A stretch of 59,236 bases of DNA, from assembly GCA_963663405.2 (NCBI GenBank), contig CAXXSM010000047.1, forward strand, positions 1 through 59,236, in the 5' to 3' direction. The notes under the pieces are model-generated. The model saw nothing but the letters and a program-made list of their open reading frames with translations, had not been told where the DNA came from and did not search any database. Numbering within the stretch: position 1 is the first letter of the stretch; the number at the start of each line of letters is the position of its first letter. Below, one piece after another: positions 50,911 through 59,236 of the stretch. This DNA is from a bacterium. Lineage in GTDB: Bacteria; Hinthialibacterota; Hinthialibacteria; Hinthialibacterales; Hinthialibacteraceae. The translations under genes and the position numbers were made by a program.

Positions 50911-51012
50911 CAGATCACAAGGTGATTGATCGTACAATTCAGCGGTTTTTTTCACGGATTTGATCAAACAAAACATTCATTCCGTATGTACGTCGTACCC
51001 TGGAGGAGAACG

Positions 51013-54000
51013 ATGTCAAACATTAAATCAGGTAATAGGATCAAATTTTCCTGTTTCAGAAATATTATTAAAAGTATAATAGTTCTTTGGTGTTTGACTC
51101 TATCCTTGTCTACAAGCGCTCAGAGTATCACCGATCTCCCACTTAACACACCAATCTCGGATACGATTTCTCCACTGAATAAGGAAAAAATATACAGAAT
51201 TCTGATTGGCGGGGGGGAACACCTGTTTTTGTTTGTAGAAAAGTCAAATGCATGGGCTTCACGGCTCGATATTATGTATAGTTCTCCACCTAAAGATACG
51301 GATTACGACGATACAGATGGTGGGATAAATGATCTGACTGATCAGTCTGTAGAGATTCAATCCACTCAAATGGGTGTCTACTTTGTTCGATTGAAAGCGG
51401 ATGGGGATACGCAGGGTGGAGAATATAAGGTCATCGCTCAAACGCTGAAAACTTGGCCGTCGTTGCAGATCGGACAACAATTTGATGAAAACTTATCTTA
51501 TAGTGGCGCAGAGCATTTATTTTGGATCAAACCAAAATCCAATGGATGTCTTATTACCCTACGTGGAACCAATCAAAACGAACTTCCAATTCTTTACATC
51601 AAGAAAGATTTCTTACCTGACGTGAGTGATTTTGATATACGCAGGGAAGGATCATTGGAAGTCACAGCCATCCTGACTCCATTGAATGAATCAGAATATT
51701 ATATCAAGATCGCGAATTCGTCTGAAAATGGGATTGATTATACGTTAAGTGTCACTGATATTAAGGAAACGATCCAATCAACGCCAACCGGAAAACCGAC
51801 GGCGATACCGACTCGTACGAATAGACCTACAGAAATACCAATTCCTACCTCTCCCCCAACACTCCCTCCTTCTATTACTCCTACGATCGCAATCACCCCG
51901 ACATCCAACCTGTGTGGTGTTCTTCTCAGTTCTCCGGGGAAAATCGGTGTGTCTCCTCAAGTCGCGACGGATCCATTTGGAAACGCGCACATCATATGGA
52001 AGGAGGAAGACGGGGAATTAATGTATACGCGAATCGATTCGGATCTATCAAACGCACCATCTATCCACATGATCTTCAAAGCAGATAATTATAGTTCTCC
52101 CCGTATTGCAACCGACTCAGATGGGAATGCGCATATTATTCTATGGTTGCAAATCTCTGAAAAATTGATTTATTTCAAAGTTTCTAACGGCAAAGATGTT
52201 GAATCACATACATTAAATCTGTTTGGAGGGGCCGATTGCCGTTATGGATGGCCAAGTATATCTATAGATCCAACAACAAATCTACCTGTTATTGCAGTAG
52301 AATTTCATATCTATTGGCCACCAGTGGAAGATTTATATGTACCTCCCCCCCTAGTCAATCTTTTTTATCCACATTTTGGGAATTATGGTATTCCATATGA
52401 TTGTTTTTGGGATGGGATTTTTGTTGTAAAATTGAATAAACGCGGTGAATCTATTGATGATTCACGTTGGATTCCATTTATTTTTATTCCTCATGGCTTC
52501 CCGTTGAAATATTCAAATGTTGATGTTAGATCGCCGGATATAACCGTTGATTCAGACGGAATATTTCATTGTGTTTGGATGCATAAAGAATCTGAATGGG
52601 GAGGTTTTAGTATTGCGTATAGAAATCAACATAATGATAATTGGTTTGAAATTTCTAACCATAGAAATGTTCTTTATAACCATGGGGGGCCAAAAATATG
52701 CGCGAATGACTATGATTACATTAATGTTGTTTGGTCCACAGAAAATGGCGATACGGTTTGGCAAAATATGTTATCAAATGGATTAACATTTCAAGACGAC
52801 ACGGTAATAAATCCTGCAGGAGCGATTACGTGGTTTCCAAGTATATCCGCATCGCAAAAGGATGTTGCCGCATGGACGGATAAAAATACAAAACAGATTT
52901 TTTATAAAGTGTTATCCGGCGATGGACTTGTTAAAGAAGTCTCTTGTTCTGGTAGCGAAGCCATGAAGCTGGATATTTCCCTCTTCGAGGATAATTATAT
53001 CGACTGCGTTTGGCAGGAGAAACGGGAGGATATCTATCAGGTATATCACAAACGTGTGGCTTTTATTGAGCCTTCCACCAAACCTCCTGTCGCTCTATTT
53101 ACTCACAATCCTGATCATCCGTTTGTAAATAACCCAATTACGTTTATTGCCACTGAATCACATGGTCATGATGCTGAAATTGTTAGCTTTAAATGGGATT
53201 TTGGAGACGGCAATTCGGCTAATGGGGAGATTGTTAATCATGTATATGAAAATCCAGGATACTACAATGTGAAACTGACCGTCAAAGACGAAAACGGACT
53301 TGAAGGCTTTGCGGTGCTGACGTTTGAAGTCTTAACCAATCAAATTCTTGTAGGTAATATTCTCATCCGCGGGAGTGCAATTCACGAAATCCAAGACAAT
53401 CCAGGTGTTTTCCGTGTTGAAGGAAAGATCGAATTTGGCGCGAAGAGCGGTTTGATGATGCTGTACACCTGTACTAGTGGTTCAATTACAGTCAATACGA
53501 AAACAAAAAAGATTTCAAACATCAACCTCTCTGGAAATCATATCATGAAAGCGGGAAGCCATGTAATCAGATTATCAGTGAATGATCTCAATATTCATCC
53601 AATCGATCCAGATAATCCATTGACAGGTTCGATTAACTTTGGCGTGAAAACAAAGGTGTTTTTACCTAATAGTCTCTCATTTGATATCGTAGAATTAGGC
53701 TCAAAATTAGACCTAAATTCCGGAGTATTTGATGTAAAGGCATGCTGGTTTGATGGAATTTTTAATGGATTACAAAAAGCTAAATTTGTAATGGCTCTTG
53801 GTCCAGAGCAATTTACTGGTGAGATTGAAATTACTCCTTTTGGTAGAGATTTATTTTCTCCTTTTTCATTTCCGGATAAAAATTCCTTTATTGAATTTGG
53901 AAAAATGCCCAAAATACGCATGAATATTTCTAATTGTGGATTCGAAATTGAAAATCAAGGTCTTGATATTGTTAAATTTTTTGATGGTGGTATTGATGTA

Positions 54001-56930
54001 GGTTTATCTCTCAGTTTTTATGGTGTTTCCACAACTGGATTGTTGAAAGTGAATTGGTGTGGAGATTTTATATCTATTTCTGGCGATGATCTTAGTATAA
54101 ATATAAGCCCAAGTAAAAAACCGATCGGAATTTTTCCTTGGAATATCCTCAAAACGAAAAATGTTACAAATAACAACAACAATAAAAAAACAAAATTTTC
54201 GCCAGTAACTGGAGTAAAGATAAATGTAGATCACGCTGAATTTAACATACCTAAATCCACAGATATTTTAGATATTTTTCAATTATCAGGAAAATTAGAG
54301 AATTTATCATTAAGTATAGAAGTTTTTTGGTTTTTTTACGTTCAGATATTTTCTATGGATACAACCTTGGAAGATCTGAAATTTACATTATCCCAGGACT
54401 ATCGTGCTCGAATTGGTAATTTAATAGAATCGGCAAAGGGAATTTCAGTTGAATCCTATTTAGATTTAAAAACAGGAGAATTATTTCTTCATTTGCGAGA
54501 AGACGTCGATTTTAATTCTGATTGGTTTTCTCCAGTAAATACTATATTGGTAGGAGCTGAGTTTGCGATATATATCGATGTCGATGCGAGAATACCTTTT
54601 AATAAGATGTTTGGTTTAGAAGCAAAAACGGATCTAACGCTCTACGGTCATAAAATTCCTGACAAGAATATAATTTTAACATTTGACACCGACGGTATAA
54701 TATATAGCTGTGAACCATTTGTAGATTTAGACAAATATCCTTTTCAATACAACAAACCTACTGATATTAACAGCGAGTTCCTTGACTGGAATGACAACAA
54801 AAAATGGGATTCGGGTATTGAGTTCATTTTATTTTCCTTAATGAGAGTCAAATGCGAGGGAATTTTTAAACCATGGATATTTCGTGGAAAAATGCAAACT
54901 CCTATATGCTGGAAAGGTTATTGTTGGAATACAGAAATATACTTCACCATTGACAAAGATGGTAATGTCTCATGGGGCGCAAGAGCTGAACCTTATATTC
55001 CGCAAACTGGATTACGTCTTGCACAGGAAGAATCAAAATTTGTAACTGTATTCGCTGATCTATATGGACAGTCGACAATAATTGTTAGTGACCAAGATGA
55101 TCCACCAGTTATCAATAATGGTCCAAAGGTATCGCAGTCAAGTTCTACTACTACCATTATCACATGGAATACAAACGAACCATGTGATAGTGTTGTTCAT
55201 TATGGAACAACTACAAAATGCAACCTTTCTGTCGCTGAACCAGCGTATATAATGAATCATAGCGTTGTTCTTGAAAATCTTGATCCACTTACAGAATATT
55301 TTTTTTATGTAGAATCAAACGATCTAACAAATACGATTCCCGCTGTATCCTCATTGCAGACATTCACAACTTCTAATTCTATAGATAATATTCCACCAAC
55401 TATATCGAATGAACCGCTGATTACGCTTCTTTCAGAAACCTCTGTGCAGATCGAGTGGGAGACTTCAGAGCCAACATCTGCTATAATCGAATATGGAACC
55501 GCTGTGGAATATGTTTTAGAAAGAACCCGAAGTACTTTCGCAGATAATCATATAATAAACATTGCAGATTTAGTACCAGATACGATATACTATTACCGCA
55601 TTTTGATAACAGACGCCGCAGGGAATGGTCCGATAAGTTTTGAAGAACTATCGTTTAAAACAGCTTCAGCACCTGATACCACTCCACCTTTAATCACAAT
55701 CAACTCGAAGATTGAGATCATTTCAAACACCAGCACACGTATTACTTGGGAAACTAACGAACCTGCGAATAGTATAGTGAATTATGGAATTGATTCACAT
55801 TACGGTAACCGAATAACAATTGCGGAGTATACTCTAGAACATTCAATCACTCTACAGAACCTCCTTCCAGGTTTTATCTACCATTACAAAGTTGGTTCAA
55901 CAGATGCATCGGGTAATGGTCCAGTTAATAGCGATAACGATTTTTTTGAGATGCCCTCAGTTCCAGAACCTACATACAGAGAAGGATTTTCACAAGGAAT
56001 ACTTGAAAGTGACGCTGTAATTATAGAAAATGTTAAAAACTACGAGCAAGCAAATGTCCAAGAAACAGTGATACCTTCGCTGCCTGGTTCAGATGGATAC
56101 GGTCTCGTATTCGAAGCCGGGCCAAACGAAGGAACTTTATGCATTCTGAGAGCTTCTGTGTCATACGATCAAGGACCTGTTGTTATCTCTGCCTGGGTAC
56201 GAACGGACAGTAACGATTGTTCGATTGGTTTGGTAGGCCTCAATTCTCCTATCGATGGACAATTGGGCTATACACTCGTCACAGGTCCAGATGTCCCCGT
56301 AGGGGAATGGAAAAAACTGTTTCTTTTGTATGATCCTCCTAACGATATTGTTCAACCAGCTATTCAGGTTGTTGCGCTAGAAACCGCGATAGAGGGAGTC
56401 AAAGTATACATTGATAACTTGGAGATACGTTTATTATCGACTGACAATTTTGAAGAGAATAATTTGGATATCGATGGCTCCTTCGATCAAGATACGGCTG
56501 GGATGATTACGAATGTGAATGGGGATAGTGGGGAGGTTCTGCTAGTTCCTGATGATGAAGGTGGTAAACAAATTCTTCTCTCAATTGATGAATCAGACAT
56601 CGCAGCTAATATAGGAGTATTCGCAACCCAATTGCAGGATGGTTTCCCCCAATTCATAAAAGCGTCTGTTGAATCACAATTAGTTAATGGACCAGAAGGT
56701 ACGACTGCGCTTGTAATGACAAACGGTTATACGGATGTAGGTATGTTTATACACAATTCTCACTTGCCTCTCTCAAGTGAACTACCACAGACATTATCAA
56801 TTGGAGGTTTATTCGAAACGGAAAATCCAGATATGCAATTTTCTGTGTCGTACAGAATGGTGGTCCATCATTACAGTCTGAAATCATAATCGATAATCTC
56901 GAACTAAAAAGACTTATTGGAGAGATGTAA
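51013..56930 (+). CDS. ~1970-aa exported protein with PPC-like, propeller-like, PKD and three FN3-like domains; 1-nt frameshift near 56836
   Basis: GGAGG RBS; WDFGDG PKD motif; 3x ITWxTxEP...YG...H; alternate frame ends IFCVVQNGGP...IDNLELKRLIGEM*. Confidence 0.8.
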
Positions 56931-57134
56931 AGTGAATATATAAGAAGGTTTCAATACATCGTTATGGTTTATTATAAAGTCACATCAAGCAGAATTTGAT
57001 AGCCTAAAGATTTTATATTGAGGTCATATCGATCTATAAAGACTCATCTCTATAGTAATCATTTTAGCAATCTATTTAATTTTGCAGTTCATAACTTACT
57101 TATTTTAAATAACTTATATTTTTAAGTATACGTA

Positions 57135-57150
57135 TTTTGCATCCGTGTAC
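57135..57150 (+). repeat. attR core TTTTGCATCCGTGTAC
   Basis: Identical to 10937-10952; GTATACGTAT-TTTGC-ATCCGTGTAC forms an 8/10 inverted repeat. Confidence 0.85.
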
Positions 57151-57414
57151 CTTTAGTTTCAAAGAAATGAACACTCAAATCATTCAAAAACAAAAGTTTA
57201 TGACGATTTTTCAGAAAAAATTCAGTCATTCAAACTAAAAAGGTCAATGAATGCATAACTTGAGAAAATCATCATACCACGAATTCCACCGGATAGACAC
57301 AATCCTGTTTACTGCTGACCGACATCGATTACTTATCCAATCGAGTTATAAATACACACCTTGTAAAATCCAAAGATTTATAAACCATACATTCTTACTT
57401 GGTCTAATGAAAAA

Positions 57415-57894
57415 ATGCCCTCCACAAAAGACCATCAACACGCCGCATTCACACAGAGTTTCATTGAGGTAATGAAGAAACGACAATACTCCTTGGTTGG
57501 TTGTGAGATTATGTACAATCATTATGGGGATCGGGGTGTGATTGATGTTGTGCTTCGGAAAGATTCTGCGGATCAGAAACGATCGACATGGTTGATCTGT
57601 GAAATGAAACCTCGGCTCTACGATATTGGTGAAGCCATCCGGCAAGTTCACCGGGCAGAAGAGTATTTCCTTCGCGCCCGGCCGGATATGAAGATACAAG
57701 ATTGGGAGAATGAATATCGTTTTGTCCTAGTTCTGGAAGCGGATAAGCAGAATCTGTATCAAGTGGAAAGTCTTCATCGGAATCTCTTTGCTGGGATTGA
57801 TGTGATGTATCATCACAGGGATTCTCATCAGGTCGATACAATTGAACGCATGCGTGAGATCATGAATGCGATTTTGACCGTGCAAAATCAGTGA
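57415..57894 (+). CDS. Putative PD-(D/E)XK nuclease-fold protein
   Basis: E...GVIDVV...ICEMK...AIRQV...Y motif order. Confidence 0.55.
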   Translation: MPSTKDHQHAAFTQSFIEVMKKRQYSLVGCEIMYNHYGDRGVIDVVLRKDSADQKRSTWLICEMKPRLYDIGEAIRQVHRAEEYFLRARPDMKIQDWENEYRFVLVLEADKQNLYQVESLHRNLFAGIDVMYHHRDSHQVDTIERMREIMNAILTVQNQ

Positions 57895-57944
57895 TTTTAC
57901 ACCCAGTTAAATTTTCGTTCGATCGATATCCAAAAGGCTAATCC

Positions 57945-59147
57945 TCAAAATTTTCTTTTCCAAATCCTGAATCGCTGGGCGATCAGATAGCCTTCTTTCT
58001 TCCAGACTCTCGCTATTCGAATCTTCTTGAGCGCTTCCTCTATTCTTCCAGTCAGAAGATTTCTCATGGAATCACGCAACGATTGATTAATCGCGATTTC
58101 CCGATTCTCAATCCTCGTTTCTAATTCCTCGATTTCTGATTCCAATCCAACCTTTTGCTGTTCATCCAGTATCTCTTTCTTTAATTTCCTCCGTTCTTTT
58201 AGACTCATTTTGTCCATCAGTTGGCGCTGTTTTGCAGAAAATAGACTGGAATCCAGAGCCAGGAGACGTTCATTGAGTGTTTTAAGAGAATCCAGTGATT
58301 TTTTCAAATAACGGTTCGATTGAAACGTCATTTGTATTTTCTGAGCGAGCAAGGATCGGGCCCGAGGATTCCCTCCGTAATGTTGAATGGAAGAATCCAG
58401 TTCATCAAACGATGTCTTCATCTGTTTCATGCTAGACTGCATTTTTTTGATTCCAGGAATACCGACTTTCTTCAAAGAATTCGCTTCATCGGATAATTTC
58501 TTGTTGGTGATTCGATCGGGATCGTTGTAGGAGAGTTTATGTAATTTGACTTTCAGAGCTTCACTCGGACTCCTGGCACTCATCTTTGCAAGCGCTTTCA
58601 CCAGAAGAACAAGAAATACGATTGCGAACAATGGATATAGAAAAGGATTGATTGTACTTGCCAGATCATTCAAATTTGGATCGATGGTTGTGACCACCAA
58701 CATCATTACAAGCAAGGTCAAAAGAAATGAGAGAATCGGATTCATTTTCAAATACAAAAAACTGTGGTAGACCATAATCCCAAAGAGAAGGGTTAAAATG
58801 ACAATTGCCACCGTACCAAATGAAGTGAGAGTAAATTGATATCTCTTTTCCGCAGAAATCATAGAAAAGGCCAAAACTAGCCCAATCCCCAAACTGACCG
58901 CACTTCCTGCTCTACCAGGAAATCTCTTTCGGAGACTGTAATGAGCGATTCCGATGAAAATAAGAGCAAAAATGAAAAAATCGATGATGCTAGAATGACG
59001 AAGATAAACATGGGTTGGATCGAGGATAGTATCCCACTGAGTCAAAGCAGAGAATCCATTGGGAACTGACGATCTAGTGAATGTCCACGCGTGATGATCT
59101 ATCCCATTTGCTATTCGATTTGCAATCATGGATCCATACTGTATCAC
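57945..59147 (-). CDS. Multi-pass membrane protein with a C-terminal coiled coil
   Basis: About 5 hydrophobic helices followed by a K/E-rich heptad region; start and final codons uncertain. Confidence 0.7.
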   Translation of the reverse strand: MIQYGSMIANRIANGIDHHAWTFTRSSVPNGFSALTQWDTILDPTHVYLRHSSIIDFFIFALIFIGIAHYSLRKRFPGRAGSAVSLGIGLVLAFSMISAEKRYQFTLTSFGTVAIVILTLLFGIMVYHSFLYLKMNPILSFLLTLLVMMLVVTTIDPNLNDLASTINPFLYPLFAIVFLVLLVKALAKMSARSPSEALKVKLHKLSYNDPDRITNKKLSDEANSLKKVGIPGIKKMQSSMKQMKTSFDELDSSIQHYGGNPRARSLLAQKIQMTFQSNRYLKKSLDSLKTLNERLLALDSSLFSAKQRQLMDKMSLKERRKLKKEILDEQQKVGLESEIEELETRIENREIAINQSLRDSMRNLLTGRIEEALKKIRIARVWKKEGYLIAQRFRIWKRKF

Positions 59148-59236
59148 TACTCTAATATAAATTTTACGATTGGAAATTCATTGAAAATATGCTAAACCGT
59201 GAGAGAAGATTTCCTGTGGAAACTCATTTTCAATTG

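Larger units (their letters stand above)
10937..57150. mobile_element. ~46 kb integrative element / genomic island with phage-like replication module
   Basis: 16-bp terminal direct repeats; integrase just inside the left end; xis/rep/dnaB, ardC, defence and surface-protein cargo. Confidence 0.85.

Noticed and set aside
10937-57150. Intact prophage or self-transmissible ICE
   Set aside because: No recognisable terminase, portal, capsid, tail, lysis, relaxase, VirB4 or coupling protein genes

Overview
Bacterial chromosome segment. Positions 1-10.7 kb are host genes, mostly for carbohydrate catabolism: DUF1080, a Gfo/Idh/MocA oxidoreductase, a HEAT-repeat protein, a heparinase II/III-like lyase and a GH36 alpha-galactosidase. 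Most of the rest (10937-57150, about 46 kb) is one integrated element bounded by a perfect 16-bp direct repeat, TTTTGCATCCGTGTAC, with tyrosine-recombinase core-site symmetry. Its backbone is an integrase, then a sigma54 enhancer-binding protein (GAFTGA), repeated UAS-like boxes, an IHF-like site and a perfectly spaced -24/-12 promoter. That promoter precedes an excisionase-like HTH gene, a phage-type replication initiator with internal iterons, a DnaB helicase and small ORFs. Next come a repeat/hairpin-rich intergenic region and an operon encoding a clamp-loader-like AAA+ ATPase, ArdC and a second, paralogous tyrosine recombinase. I recognised no capsid, terminase, relaxase or T4SS genes. The cargo is a J-domain + FGE-sulfatase gene pair, an N6-adenine MTase / PLD-helicase defence operon (the MTase is interrupted by an ISAzo13 that itself carries an IS1-family element), and about 20 kb of large surface proteins including an adjacent cohesin protein and dockerin protein. 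Several single-base frameshifts may be assembly errors. No rRNA, tRNA or CRISPR array was seen. All family assignments come from motifs recognised by eye, not from database searches.
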